Positions 32,053 to 44,428 are shown, counted from the stretch's first letter. The stretch: DNA of 64,000 bases from Leptolyngbyaceae cyanobacterium (GCA_050331235.1 JBHJHA010000053.1:1-64000), one strand, 5' to 3'. Notes: a model not told the origin generated them from the sequence alone. Program-made: numbers and translations.

Positions 32053-32442
32053 TTACGCCCAGCGCTGCAGAACCAAACGAATGGCTCCTTCTTCGGTAGT
32101 CTGCTGCTCAGAGAGTTGGAATCCAACGTCAGAGGTAGCCTCTAAAACAGTATGAAAAGCGTATCGCTGGGTGATTTGATTGACGAATCCGTCTACCGAG
32201 AGGGGCTGTTGCCAATATTGCAGATCAGCAACCAGTTCGTAATCTTTCGTCTCGGGGTTTAACCGGAAACCGATGTCAAATCCATTGGTCTGTTCAATAA
32301 CCACTTCAGCGGTCTCGGCAGCGCCTTGGTAGCCTCGCACCGGTAAAGGACCTGGCTTCCAATCGATACAAAGCTCAGTCAGAGCGGCCTGTAATGAAGT
32401 CAAGTTGCGGATTTTAGTCCGAATTTGGCTAAAGTGTGACAT
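32053..32442 (-). CDS. ycf35: Ycf35/DUF1257 family protein
   Basis: MSHFSQIRT, VRGYQG, YELVADLQYW, ITQRYA, LVLQRW. Confidence 0.88.
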   Translation of the reverse strand: MSHFSQIRTKIRNLTSLQAALTELCIDWKPGPLPVRGYQGAAETAEVVIEQTNGFDIGFRLNPETKDYELVADLQYWQQPLSVDGFVNQITQRYAFHTVLEATSDVGFQLSEQQTTEEGAIRLVLQRWA

Positions 32443-32468
32443 GTTAACTGTGTCTATACGAACGTGAA

Positions 32469-32687
32469 CTAGCCCCAATCGCTGTAGGTGGCTCTGTTGT
32501 GAGTTTCTGTTGTGGCTGTTTGCTGACCCTTTTGGGAAAAATAGTCAGACGTGTTTTCACGACTGATCACGTTGCCCAGCTGTTCTTCAATTTTGCGAGT
32601 CACTTCCTCGCAGGAGCGACCGACCACACCGGTCACCATTTCCTTGACTCGACCGTCGGGATTAATGATGAACTACAAAGTTTCCAT
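32469..32687 (-). pseudogene. DUF2997-family small protein with in-frame TAG at codon 5 (32673-32675)
   Basis: Manual translation METL*FIINPDGRVKEMVTGVVGRSCEEVTRKIEEQLGNVISRENTSDYF...YSDWG*; recalled family start is METLEF. Confidence 0.85.
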
Positions 32688-33176
32688 ACAGCGTTTCAGG
32701 ATTGCGAAATTGCTAGTCTGAAGCGCTTAGAAAGATGAGAAGTCAACAGACAACTTTATCCTACTAAGCATTTTCGGCAAGCCACGAACTATTCCATCGC
32801 AAAAATTTATGCAACTTATTGATGGTGAGAGTGCCTGCCCCAAACTAGGTTTAAGTGTTACGCAATATAGCATTAGCCGTCAACCTGTCGATGGGGGCAA
32901 CTTAGGGAAACTCGTGGTCTGCAGATTTCTGATTTTAAAAAACTTTGCAGTTCTTTACGCTTTGACAAGGACGTCTGATCGCGCGTTGAGATGCGGCTTT
33001 GGAGGCTGTGGTGCCTTCATTTAATCGAGCGGCGCGAGTGGCGATGTGCTGAGTGGATATGCGGTAAGGTGCTGTCGCTGGCGGCGACTACCTTTGTAAA
33101 TCCCTGCTGAGATGGATGGGTGAAGACGCCGCGATCGCCCGATAATAGTGCTCTGTGATGTAAACGGATAACCCCT

Positions 33177-34187
33177 ATGAATTCAAACAAGATGCCATCT
33201 GTGTCCCCGATTGCCGTGGGCGTTTTGGGTTTTGGTGGCCTTGGGCAAGCGGCTACTCGCGTACTGCAGCCTAAGCAGGAAATGCGCTGGGTCGCGGCGG
33301 CTGATAAACAGGGCTACATCTACAATCCTCAGGGGCTAGACCCGCAAACTTGCATTCTTATCTATCGCGATCGCGGCTCGGTCGGCTATGTGGAGCCCAG
33401 CGGTGCGCTCAGTCAGCAGAGCATTGCAGAATTAATCACAGCGGCTAATGGAGTGCAGGGCTACTTTTTGGCGCTGCCGAACCTCCCTAACACCTTCATG
33501 GCTGATGTGGTGCGCCAGTTCATCGCGTCGGGCTGGCAGGGGGTATTGGTCGATGCACTCAAGCGCACGAGCGCGATGGAGCAGATTTGGGCCTTGCGCG
33601 AAGAATTGCAGGCTGCTGGTATTACCTATATGACTGGATGCGGGGCGACACCGGGGCTATTGACTGCTGCCGCTGTGGTAGCAGCCCAGAGCTACAGCGA
33701 GATTCACAGTGTGAAAATCACCTTTGGCGTGGGCATCGCGAACTGGGAAGCTTATCGGGCTACCATTCGTGAAGATATCGCCCATATGCCTGATTATGAT
33801 GTTGACTCCGCTCGGGCTATGACCGATGAAGAGGTCGCGGCCCTGCTGGATCGTACCAATGGCATCTTGGCCCTAGAAAATATGGAGCACGCCGACGATT
33901 TTATGCTGGAGCTAGCAGGTATCTGCGATCGCGAACAGGTCACCGTTGGGGGCATTGTTGACACTCGTAATCCGAAGAAACCTTTGAGCACAAATGTGCA
34001 AGTCACTGGCCGTACCTTTGAAGGCAAGCTCTCGACCCATACCTTTACCCTGGGCGACGAAACTAGTATGGCAGCAAACGTCTGTGGCCCCGCCTTTGGC
34101 TATCTCAAAGCGGGTGTGGCATTGCACCAGCGGGGACAGTACGGTCTCTATACTGCTGCTGAAGTCATGCCCCAGTTCGTTCGATAA
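33177..34187 (+). CDS. bioU: BioU, the cyanobacterial BioA-replacing biotin-pathway enzyme
   Basis: GFGGLGQ Rossmann motif, [46 protein letters not shown]. Confidence 0.85.
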   Translation: MNSNKMPSVSPIAVGVLGFGGLGQAATRVLQPKQEMRWVAAADKQGYIYNPQGLDPQTCILIYRDRGSVGYVEPSGALSQQSIAELITAANGVQGYFLALPNLPNTFMADVVRQFIASGWQGVLVDALKRTSAMEQIWALREELQAAGITYMTGCGATPGLLTAAAVVAAQSYSEIHSVKITFGVGIANWEAYRATIREDIAHMPDYDVDSARAMTDEEVAALLDRTNGILALENMEHADDFMLELAGICDREQVTVGGIVDTRNPKKPLSTNVQVTGRTFEGKLSTHTFTLGDETSMAANVCGPAFGYLKAGVALHQRGQYGLYTAAEVMPQFVR

Positions 34188-34437
34188 AGGGCTGAGTCCT
34201 GCATGGATTCGTTGAGCTAGCAGGGCGGTCGTGTGTTGAGCGCTGTTTGTTTCCTCCGACTCTGCCTGGGGCACCGCTGCAGTCAGATGATGACGATGGC
34301 TGTTGTGAAGAAACGCTACCTGCATGACGGGACTAGTCAGGATTACACCAGCGCAGATGACTATGGCCAGCGGGTTTCCATCGCCTTTCATGGCGGGCTG
34401 TGACTATCAACTGCCTGTTGATAGAGCCGCCAACCTC

Positions 34438-34477
34438 AAGAATAGCGGTACAGTTTGGTAAACGTACCGCTATTCTT
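34438..34477 (+). promoter_or_regulatory. Perfect 14-bp inverted repeat 15 nt upstream of the CDF transporter start
   Basis: AAGAATAGCGGTAC-(AGTTTGGTAAAC)-GTACCGCTATTCTT. Confidence 0.5.
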
Positions 34478-34492
34478 AAGTTCCTAAGGGAT

Positions 34493-35443
34493 ATGGCTGA
34501 TTCTTCATCTAAGGTTTCGATCTATGCGGCGATGGCCGCCAACGTCGCCATTGCGATCGCCAAGTTCGTTGGCGCTAGCATCAGCGGTAGCTCAGCAATG
34601 TTGTCCGAGGGCATTCATTCAGTTGTGGACTCTACCAATGAAGTCCTGCTGCTGTATGGCCTCAAGCAAAGTGAAAAAGAGCCGGATGAAAAACATCCCC
34701 TCGGCCATGGTCAGGAGCTTTATTTTTGGTCTTTAGTTGTCGCAGTCTTGATCTTTTCTTTAGGCGGGGGCTTTTCGATTTACGAGGGCATCCAGAGCTT
34801 TCAAAATCCAGAACCTTCAGAAAATCCGATTGTGAGCTATGGCGTATTGGGCATAGCGGCCATTTTTGAGGCGACGGCGCTGGTGGTATCAGTGCGCGAG
34901 TTTTACAAACGGGCCCCCAATCTCGATGTAAGCTTTTGGACTGCAATTCGCCGAAGCAAGGACCCCAGTAGCTTTATCGTGATCTTCGAAGATGCGGCAG
35001 CGCTGCTAGGGTTATTGGTTGCCTTTGGTGGTGTCGCCCTGAGCCAGTGGACGGGAAATGCGCTATACGATGGGATTGCCTCGATCGTTATCGGCGTCCT
35101 TTTGACGGTGGTGGCGATTGTCTTAGTGGCTGAGACTAAAGGGCTGTTAATCGGAGAAAGCGCTCTGCCCGAAACTCAGGAAAGCATCAAAGTCATTGTT
35201 CGCTCTGATCAGGCAGTGACGAGTCTAGAGCCACCGATTACCTTTCACCTTGGGCCAGAGGATATTATGCTGGCGCTCAATATCGAGTTTGCTGATGCGC
35301 TCTCGGCCGATGAGATTGAGGCGGCTGTCAGGCGGATTGAGGGCAACATCCGTGAAGAGCATCCCGAAGTTAAGCGGATTTTTATTGAGGCGGCTTCGAC
35401 TACGACCCAAAAGGTGGCAGAAGAAGAGGCGATTTCTGACTAA
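34493..35443 (+). CDS. Cation diffusion facilitator (CDF) transporter
   Basis: SSAMLSEGIHSVVD, PDEKHPLGHG, about six TM segments, C-terminal dimerisation domain. Confidence 0.9.
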   Translation: MADSSSKVSIYAAMAANVAIAIAKFVGASISGSSAMLSEGIHSVVDSTNEVLLLYGLKQSEKEPDEKHPLGHGQELYFWSLVVAVLIFSLGGGFSIYEGIQSFQNPEPSENPIVSYGVLGIAAIFEATALVVSVREFYKRAPNLDVSFWTAIRRSKDPSSFIVIFEDAAALLGLLVAFGGVALSQWTGNALYDGIASIVIGVLLTVVAIVLVAETKGLLIGESALPETQESIKVIVRSDQAVTSLEPPITFHLGPEDIMLALNIEFADALSADEIEAAVRRIEGNIREEHPEVKRIFIEAASTTTQKVAEEEAISD

Positions 35444-35716
35444 TCGTTGATTTGTCCATCGAGACTGTCGACGCGGTGAGGAACTGTGGAGTCTGAACAT
35501 CGGAGCGCCGTAAGTTCTCCTGGACTATGAACCGCCGGACTCGTTGGCGGCAACGGCTCAGGAAATGCTGTAACCGTTGTGGTGTAGCTTAAATTGCAGT
35601 GGTCTCAGCCACTCATGGTTATTGCCTAAGACTGGCCTCATCGCACCCCAAATGCAGCGATCTCATCACCACCGTCATAATGGACGTGGCGTACTCACTC
35701 AGACCATGCCAGCATT

Positions 35717-37327
35717 ATGAAGCGGTTTACGGAGCTTTTTCAGGCCATTGACGCAACCACCTCGACCAACGCTAAGGTTGAGGCGCTGCGCCAGTATTTT
35801 GCCACCGAAGCACCCGTTAATGCTGTCTGGGCGCTGTATTTGTTACTCAACAAAACCCGTCGCCGCTTAGTGACTTCCCGTATCTTGCGCGACGTCTATC
35901 TCAGCATCTCTGAAATGCCTGAATGGCTATTCAAAGACTGCTATTCCCACGTGGGCGACTCGGCTGAGGTAATTGCCCTCCTGCTGCGCGATACTCCCCT
36001 CCAGGGCAAATCAGCGGCGGACATTCCCCTTCATCAGTGGATGGAGCAGATCATTCCCCTGGTTAAAGCGGCTGAAACCGAGGAGGAGCGCCACGAACTG
36101 ATTGTGTCCTGGTGGCGATCGCTCGATGACTCCGAAATTTTTGTGCTGAATAAGGTGTTGACCGGTGCGTTTCGCGTAGGCGCTTCCAGCAAGTTAGTCA
36201 TCAAGGGATTGTCAGCCGCCGCCCATGTTCCTGAACCGGTACTAGCCCACCGACTGATGGGCGACTTTGAGCCTACGGTGGAGTTTTACCAGAGCCTCAT
36301 CAGCCAAGAGGCTGTCGAAACTGCCCCCAGTCAACCCTATCCGTTTTTCCTTGCCTCGCAAATCGACGAAGACAAATTTCGCGCAGAGACAATGGCTGAC
36401 TGGCTCGCCGAATGGAAATGGGATGGCATCCGCGCCCAGGTAATCAAGCGAGCCGGTGAGGTCTTTATCTGGTCTCGGGGAGAAGACCTGATCACCGAAC
36501 AGTTTCCTGAACTTGTGGAAGCGTTTCAGCCATTTGCCAATGGCCACGTTTTCGATGGTGAAATTCTCTGCTGGGAGGGCGATCGCCCGCTCACCTTCAA
36601 CCATTTGCAAAAGCGGCTGGGCCGTAAGCGCGTCACCCAAAAAGTCATGGCCGAAAGCCCCGTCCGATTCATTGCCTATGACCTAATCGAACATACCGGC
36701 AACGACATTCGAGAAAAGCCGCTGTGCGATCGCAAAGCTCTGCTGCAAGCCTTACTCGCCGATGCCACAGACGACCGAATTGACTGCTCTAGCCCTTTAG
36801 AGTTCGCCTCGTTTGCTGACTTAGAGGCCCTGCGGGGGCGATCGCGCGATACCGGCGCAGAGGGGCTAGTGATTAAAGCCTGGGACAGTCCCTATTTAGT
36901 GGGCCGCAAGCGGGGCTACTGGTGGAAATTTAAGGTCGATCCGATGACCTTAGATGCCGTGTTGATCTATGCCCAAGCGGGCAGCGGCAAACGGGCTAAC
37001 CTTTTCACTGATTACACCTTTGCCCTCTGGCGAGGAGAGGAACTCGTACCCTTTGCTAAAGCCTATTCTGGCTTGGATAACGATGAAATTGAAAAGCTCG
37101 ACAAATGGATTCGCCACCATACCATCGAGCGCTTTGGCCCCGTCCGCTCAGTGGAGCCAATTCACGTCTTTGAAATCGGCTTTGAGGGCATTGCCGAGTC
37201 AAAGCGCCACAAATCTGGCATTTCCGTGCGGTTTCCTCGGATCTTGCGCTGGCGCGACGATAAGCCCATCGCCGAAGCTGACACCCTCGACTCCGCTCAG
37301 GCCTTACTCAAAAGTTATCAGAGCTAA
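35717..37327 (+). CDS. ATP-dependent DNA ligase (ligase-associated damage-response type)
   Basis: EWKWDGIRAQ adenylation motif, FDGEI, EGLVIK, WWKFK, SGISVRFPR. Confidence 0.93.
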   Translation: MKRFTELFQAIDATTSTNAKVEALRQYFATEAPVNAVWALYLLLNKTRRRLVTSRILRDVYLSISEMPEWLFKDCYSHVGDSAEVIALLLRDTPLQGKSAADIPLHQWMEQIIPLVKAAETEEERHELIVSWWRSLDDSEIFVLNKVLTGAFRVGASSKLVIKGLSAAAHVPEPVLAHRLMGDFEPTVEFYQSLISQEAVETAPSQPYPFFLASQIDEDKFRAETMADWLAEWKWDGIRAQVIKRAGEVFIWSRGEDLITEQFPELVEAFQPFANGHVFDGEILCWEGDRPLTFNHLQKRLGRKRVTQKVMAESPVRFIAYDLIEHTGNDIREKPLCDRKALLQALLADATDDRIDCSSPLEFASFADLEALRGRSRDTGAEGLVIKAWDSPYLVGRKRGYWWKFKVDPMTLDAVLIYAQAGSGKRANLFTDYTFALWRGEELVPFAKAYSGLDNDEIEKLDKWIRHHTIERFGPVRSVEPIHVFEIGFEGIAESKRHKSGISVRFPRILRWRDDKPIAEADTLDSAQALLKSYQS

Positions 37328-37460
37328 AGCTTTGTCCATGGCGGCATCTAGAATGAGCGGTTGAAGAAAAGGTTCAAGGTCCAGGCGTCTAAACAGTGTG
37401 CCGAACTGCAAACCACATAGCGGTTCTACTGCGAATGTTTGTGGCTGTAGCTCCCAATTA

Positions 37461-39500
<2,040 letters not shown>

Positions 39501-39612
39501 CTAGATCCAACGCTTAGTTTACCGTTCTTTACCAGTCGCTTGGTGGCTCAGGGAGCTTTGATGCCTATCCGAGCAGACAACTTTGTGACGTGTGGTCAAT
39601 GGTCAATCAAAC

Positions 39613-39640
39613 AAAAAAAGGGACGCCAAGACGCCCCTTT
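39613..39640 (-). terminator. Intrinsic terminator after the 39667-40167 gene
   Basis: Minus strand AAAGGGGCGTCTTGGCGTCCC followed by a T run. Confidence 0.65.
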
Positions 39641-39666
39641 GAAGCTTTAAATTAACTATGATGCAG

Positions 39667-40167
39667 CTAACTAGCGGCAGAAAATCTAAGGATTTTGCTC
39701 GCTTTATCAATGCTGTCGCGATCGCCTTCAACAATGAGCTGAAAGCGGCGAGGGACGTCGGGATTACCTTTTTGCTTTTGCTCAGGCAAGTGGTCTTTGC
39801 GAATCCGCTTACCTTGAATTAAGCCAAGTACTGCACCCGCGATCGTCAGAACAATAATGGCTAATTGATTAAAGCTAGAGTTTACTACATCACCGTAGGT
39901 CAGAGTCGAATAAATCGAGACGAATATGACGCCGGCAGTGCCGCCAAAAAAGGCACCAATCAATAGACCTGCTTCTCCACCGACAACCGTTCCGAGGGCT
40001 GCTACCTCTTCGTAAACGTTGATATCGCCTTCGATACTGACTTCATTTAAAGACAACCCTTCTTGCTGGAGTTGTTCTTTTGCCTGCTGAGCAGCACTCA
40101 AATTGTCGTAGACAGCAATTTTTTGTCTTTGAGTTGTGCTGTGCTGTTGTTCGAGTTGACTTACCAT
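39667..40167 (-). CDS. Hypothetical two-TM protein (general-stress-protein-like fold)
   Basis: IAVYDNLSAAQQAKEQL...glycine-rich TM pair; GAGGA upstream. Confidence 0.6.
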   Translation of the reverse strand: MVSQLEQQHSTTQRQKIAVYDNLSAAQQAKEQLQQEGLSLNEVSIEGDINVYEEVAALGTVVGGEAGLLIGAFFGGTAGVIFVSIYSTLTYGDVVNSSFNQLAIIVLTIAGAVLGLIQGKRIRKDHLPEQKQKGNPDVPRRFQLIVEGDRDSIDKASKILRFSAAS

Positions 40168-40428
40168 AAGCTGGAATTCCTCATTTCTGCGTCTGCTTCA
40201 TAGCCTTAATGAGGACAAGAAAGTTCCTGAAATCAAAGGTTTTGAAGCACTACTCTTATGTTGGCAAATTCATGGGAGGCTCCTACTCCATAGACCGAGG
40301 GATTTGTTTTTGTCAATAGTTTGAGACTAGGGTGCTTTAGTTACAGCCATCGCGGGAGCAATCCATTTGGTTGGGTGGGCTGAGCTATGAAAACCGGCGC
40401 AACGATGGTGCTGTAGGGTGTTATCTAG

Positions 40429-41652
40429 TCACACAAGGTGCTCAGTAAGTATTTGCGCGATCGCGGCGGCTCCTCCGGCGGGTCCCATGCGGCCCTGTCC
40501 GTTTTGCCGAATGCGTGCCAAGCGATCGCCATCGTTTAGCAACTGTGCCATGGCTGTGCCCATCTCGGTGGCGGACTCCACCAAAGTGACTGAAGGGCCG
40601 AGCAACCGAGTCTGGAGTTCCGCAAATGTGGGGGTGAATTGGGGCCCAGCGCCAGGGGTAATCAAGGCTGGCTTGCCCAGGCCGACAAACTGCTCAGTTG
40701 CCGTTCCCGCCAAGGCGATCGCCACCTCAGCAGCTTGCAAACAATCAGCGTAGGCAGTTTGTGTCAGCACGAGCTCAGCGTTTGCTTTGGTAAATCGCGA
40801 TGCAGTCTCCTGCGCCTGTCGGTGCCAACCGGCTAGCGCAACGGCCTGACTCAGCTCCTGTAGGTCAAGCGCGGGGGCGATCGCCCCCAGAAACTGCACT
40901 GGTCGCGATGACATGTGCTTCAGCACACTCTCCATGCCCTTAAGGATGATCTGCCAGTTGTCATAGGCTTCTGGAGCCCGGGAGCCGGGCAGCAGCAGCA
41001 CCGTCAATGTGTCGGGATGACTAGATAGTGGTAGTGCGCTTGGGGTGGTGGCCTTCAGCCCGTCCATCATGGGATTAGCGGCAAAGATTTGGGTGAGGCC
41101 TAAGTGCAGCAGCTCTTGGCGGGTGAGCTCGTCACGAACGATGGCGGCGCGACAGCGATCGCGGCTCATTAACCAGCGCTCCCACGGGAGATACATTGAT
41201 CCGGCCCAGCCGGCATACCAGGGCAGCCCTGGTAGAGGCCCCGCCTCATCTCGCAGATAGTAAGCGGACTTGGCGGTGCCGATAACGGCGTAGGGTAACC
41301 CACTCCACCAGGCAAACGCCGCGGGAATAACATCACCAACGGCTAGCACTGTTCCCCCGGCCAGGGACCACTGCTTTAAAGCTTTGAGCTGCGCTAAGGT
41401 GAGCTGCACCAAGCCGCCCTGCAGATCCCGAGCGAGCTGGCGACTATCCATATAGATGAACCCCCCCGAGGGCAGCATCTTGGCGGCAGCAATCAGGGGG
41501 ATCTGATGTTGCTGAAACCGTTCGCCGGCCCCCACCAACGGCAAGGCAGCAAGGTCGAGGCGGGGCAGGCGCGATCGCAAAGCGGAGAGAATCCGTAGCG
41601 CGATCACATCTTCGCCGTGACCATTACTAATGCACAGCAACCGAGATACCAT
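40429..41652 (-). CDS. Lipid-A-disaccharide synthase-related protein
   Basis: LCISNGHGED, LPSGGF, LLLPGSR, AGTATEQFVGLGKP. Confidence 0.85.
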   Translation of the reverse strand: MVSRLLCISNGHGEDVIALRILSALRSRLPRLDLAALPLVGAGERFQQHQIPLIAAAKMLPSGGFIYMDSRQLARDLQGGLVQLTLAQLKALKQWSLAGGTVLAVGDVIPAAFAWWSGLPYAVIGTAKSAYYLRDEAGPLPGLPWYAGWAGSMYLPWERWLMSRDRCRAAIVRDELTRQELLHLGLTQIFAANPMMDGLKATTPSALPLSSHPDTLTVLLLPGSRAPEAYDNWQIILKGMESVLKHMSSRPVQFLGAIAPALDLQELSQAVALAGWHRQAQETASRFTKANAELVLTQTAYADCLQAAEVAIALAGTATEQFVGLGKPALITPGAGPQFTPTFAELQTRLLGPSVTLVESATEMGTAMAQLLNDGDRLARIRQNGQGRMGPAGGAAAIAQILTEHLV

Positions 41653-41735
41653 GGCAGCAACCGCATTCCTCAAGACCTGTAAGCAGCATAGACCGAGACC
41701 GTTTCAAAATCTGGTCTGATGGCTCGTTTGGCGTC

Positions 41736-43364
41736 TTAAAACGGCAACGGACTTTGAATGTCGATGGATTTGCCCGTTACTGGATGGATGAACTGAATCG
41801 CTTGCGCATGGAGATGGAGGCGACAGGTTTGGTCCTGATCTCCGTATAAGGTGTCACCCAAGATTGGCGTGTTCAGCCCCTGAGGATGCGCTGAGTGGAT
41901 ACGCAATTGATGGGTTCGCCCGGTGTGGGGAATGAACCGAAGGCGTGGTCGATCGCCCGGCTCCAGCACCTCAAACTCCGTTAGGCTGGGCTTACCTAGG
42001 TTGAAATTCACGGTGGTTTTGGGACGATCGCTGGGGTCTCGCCACAGCGGTAGGTTGATTTGGCCACGCTGCGGCTCAATAGACCAACTCAGCACCGCTT
42101 CGTAAACTTTGTGAATTTTCCGTTGGGCGAACTGGTGTCCCAAATCGCGATGAACGGTGACGGATTTTGCCAATATCAAAATGCCAGAGGTGCCCTTATC
42201 GAGCCGATGGGGGGCAGCCAAATACGGTGGAGAAAACTGACACCGGCACCGACTCAACACGCTATCTTGCTGTTGGCTGGTCCGCCCTGGCACCGATAGT
42301 AACCCTGCCGGTTTATCAATCACCAGGAGGCTGTCATCTTCGTAAAGGACCACGGGTAGATCAGCGATCGCCCCTGCCGTTACCTCACGTGACAACCCCG
42401 ACAGCAAAAAGCCCATAATCGGCTGACAGCGCTCTACACAGGCACCATAAAACTGACCCGGTTGCTTGTCTCCCGTAGCGGGTCCCCACCAAAACTCCGC
42501 CAGCGCCAGTGGTTGCAGTCCATGAGTCGCGGCATAGTGGAGCAGCTTAGGTGCCGCACAGTCCCCTGTGCCGGTTGGGAGTCCGCTGAGCGATAGCGAT
42601 TGCAGCACCGACGTTTGTCCGGCAAAGTTCGTAAGCGAATAAGCAGCATGCATTTGAGCCTGGAGTTCCCGTGATAGGGTTTGGCGCTGCCGCTTCAGCT
42701 GACTAATCTGGGCATCAGCCTGGGCGATCGCTGCTTTTAGCGGCTGCAAAACCTCGTCGCGTTGGCGCTTGAGGCGCCGCCGCTCGCCCCCATCATGCTG
42801 GCTCTGGCGGACAAGTTCTTCCAGCGCCCGTTCTAGGGTAGCCCCGCTCAGGGTGGCTTGGGATGTCTGGCGGCGGCGATCTCGGATCGTTTTATTTTGA
42901 CGATGTTGCTCAGATAGGGTGGCCAGCTGCTGCGCAAACCGCCGCGATTGGGATACCAACATCGCCCGTTCTGGCCGCGATTTCAGGGCCATGATCTCCT
43001 GCTTAAATCGCGCTAGGGTCTGCAGGGTTTCTTGCTCTAGCAGTTGCACCTGAGCCCTGCCGGGAATCGGTGGCACCCAGCCGGGTACGTGACTGTGTCC
43101 CCCCAGCAATCCGGAAAAGGCTTTAAGGACGCCCAGCTCTCCCGTCGGCGTAGTGACGAGCAGAATGCCGTACATTTTGCCCGCCTGCTGAAAGCGATCA
43201 TCCCTGACTAAGTCTGTCATTAGCTGGCGAGCGATTGCCTCTACGGTTGCCGTCCGAGGCAGTTGCAACCATGCTCCGGTTTTTGGGCAGCGTCCCTCGT
43301 ACCAATATGACGGGGGTGACTGACGGAACTGTTCCGTTACAGCAACGGGAGACAGCAGATTCAT
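41736..43364 (-). CDS. Long-form RluA-family pseudouridine synthase
   Basis: KPAGLLSVPG, HRLDKGTSG, TGRTHQLRIH, ILGDTLYG; ~330-aa N-terminal extension. Confidence 0.9.
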   Translation of the reverse strand: MNLLSPVAVTEQFRQSPPSYWYEGRCPKTGAWLQLPRTATVEAIARQLMTDLVRDDRFQQAGKMYGILLVTTPTGELGVLKAFSGLLGGHSHVPGWVPPIPGRAQVQLLEQETLQTLARFKQEIMALKSRPERAMLVSQSRRFAQQLATLSEQHRQNKTIRDRRRQTSQATLSGATLERALEELVRQSQHDGGERRRLKRQRDEVLQPLKAAIAQADAQISQLKRQRQTLSRELQAQMHAAYSLTNFAGQTSVLQSLSLSGLPTGTGDCAAPKLLHYAATHGLQPLALAEFWWGPATGDKQPGQFYGACVERCQPIMGFLLSGLSREVTAGAIADLPVVLYEDDSLLVIDKPAGLLSVPGRTSQQQDSVLSRCRCQFSPPYLAAPHRLDKGTSGILILAKSVTVHRDLGHQFAQRKIHKVYEAVLSWSIEPQRGQINLPLWRDPSDRPKTTVNFNLGKPSLTEFEVLEPGDRPRLRFIPHTGRTHQLRIHSAHPQGLNTPILGDTLYGDQDQTCRLHLHAQAIQFIHPVTGKSIDIQSPLPF

Positions 43365-43369
43365 CGTCC

Positions 43370-43834
43370 TTACAACTGGTTTGGCGTGTAGGGAGTAAAG
43401 CGCGAATCATCCCCTTTGATCACCGTGATTACCGTTTTGACCCCGCCCCGTCGAGTAAAGTCACCAATTACGCGCAAGCCCACCGGTGACAGTTCTTGCC
43501 AAAGGCAGTCAGCAACTGTGTTTGTCACCATTTCGTGGCTGATTCGCTGATCTCGAAAGGAGTTGATATATAGCTTGAAGGCTTTGAGCTCCACCAACCA
43601 TTTACCAGGCTGATAATCGACCACAATCGTGCCGAAATCTGGATACCCTGACCGCGGACACAGCGCGGTAAACTCAGGATGTTCTAAGTGGATGATATAC
43701 GGGTTATCTGTCTGATTGGGCCATTTTTCCAGTTCCAAGGCAGCTTGGGCGATCGCGCGATCGCCATATTGGCCTAACGTTTCAGGTGCTACTGGACTGG
43801 CTGATTGGTTTTGGGTTGTTGGCGAAGAAGTCAT
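43370..43834 (-). CDS. queF: preQ0 reductase QueF (type I)
   Basis: EFTALCPRSGYPDFG, VELKAFKLY, ISHE, RGG. Confidence 0.93.
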   Translation of the reverse strand: MTSSPTTQNQSASPVAPETLGQYGDRAIAQAALELEKWPNQTDNPYIIHLEHPEFTALCPRSGYPDFGTIVVDYQPGKWLVELKAFKLYINSFRDQRISHEMVTNTVADCLWQELSPVGLRVIGDFTRRGGVKTVITVIKGDDSRFTPYTPNQL

Positions 43835-43921
43835 AGCAGCACTAATTTCTAAAATCTGGATATCCCGGGGTTTTGGTTTGGTTAGCCATCAACAGCAGCC
43901 CGAAATGCTCGCTAAGTGTAA

Positions 43922-44377
43922 TTATTCGTCGCGTTCTTCTAGCTGGGCTAAGACGCGATCGCGAAATTCAGGATCGGTATTGGCCAGCCCCAGTAGCTGA
44001 AAGTAGTCTTCTCGAGTCAAGTTGGCGGCCTCAATGAGTTGAAACGCTTCAGCCTCGATTTCCTCTTGCAGCCGCCGTGACTCCGTCTCAGTTTCGGCTC
44101 GCTGGAGCTCTTCAACGCGATCGTCAATAAGCCCGACAACCGTGAGATAGGCCGAGACAAACTGATCAACCTTCTCCGAGGGGATGTCATTCGCGTTGAG
44201 CTCGGTGCTGTCGATGGGCGACGTGGTCAGCGGCGTTTCGGACAATTCATCTGCCATAGCCCCTGAGCTGCCGAGCAAACAAACCATCACGACCACGACC
44301 CACAACCCAGTAATCAGACCCCGAAACTTTCTCTGCATCGCTTGTTTCATCGCGTTAGCTCGATTCATGACATTCAC
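43922..44377 (-). CDS. DUF4168 secreted protein
   Basis: Signal peptide; KVDQFVSAY, LTREDY, DPEFRDRV. Confidence 0.75.
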   Translation of the reverse strand: MNVMNRANAMKQAMQRKFRGLITGLWVVVVMVCLLGSSGAMADELSETPLTTSPIDSTELNANDIPSEKVDQFVSAYLTVVGLIDDRVEELQRAETETESRRLQEEIEAEAFQLIEAANLTREDYFQLLGLANTDPEFRDRVLAQLEERDE

Positions 44378-44428
44378 ATTGTTTACTCATCAGACCCAAA
44401 ACGTTGAGGCTTCGCATCCCACTCAAGC

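Noticed and set aside
2167..32675. Stop-codon reassignment or programmed read-through explaining the two in-frame stops
   Set aside because: They are different codons (TAA and TAG), and both are used as normal stops by many genes in this window.
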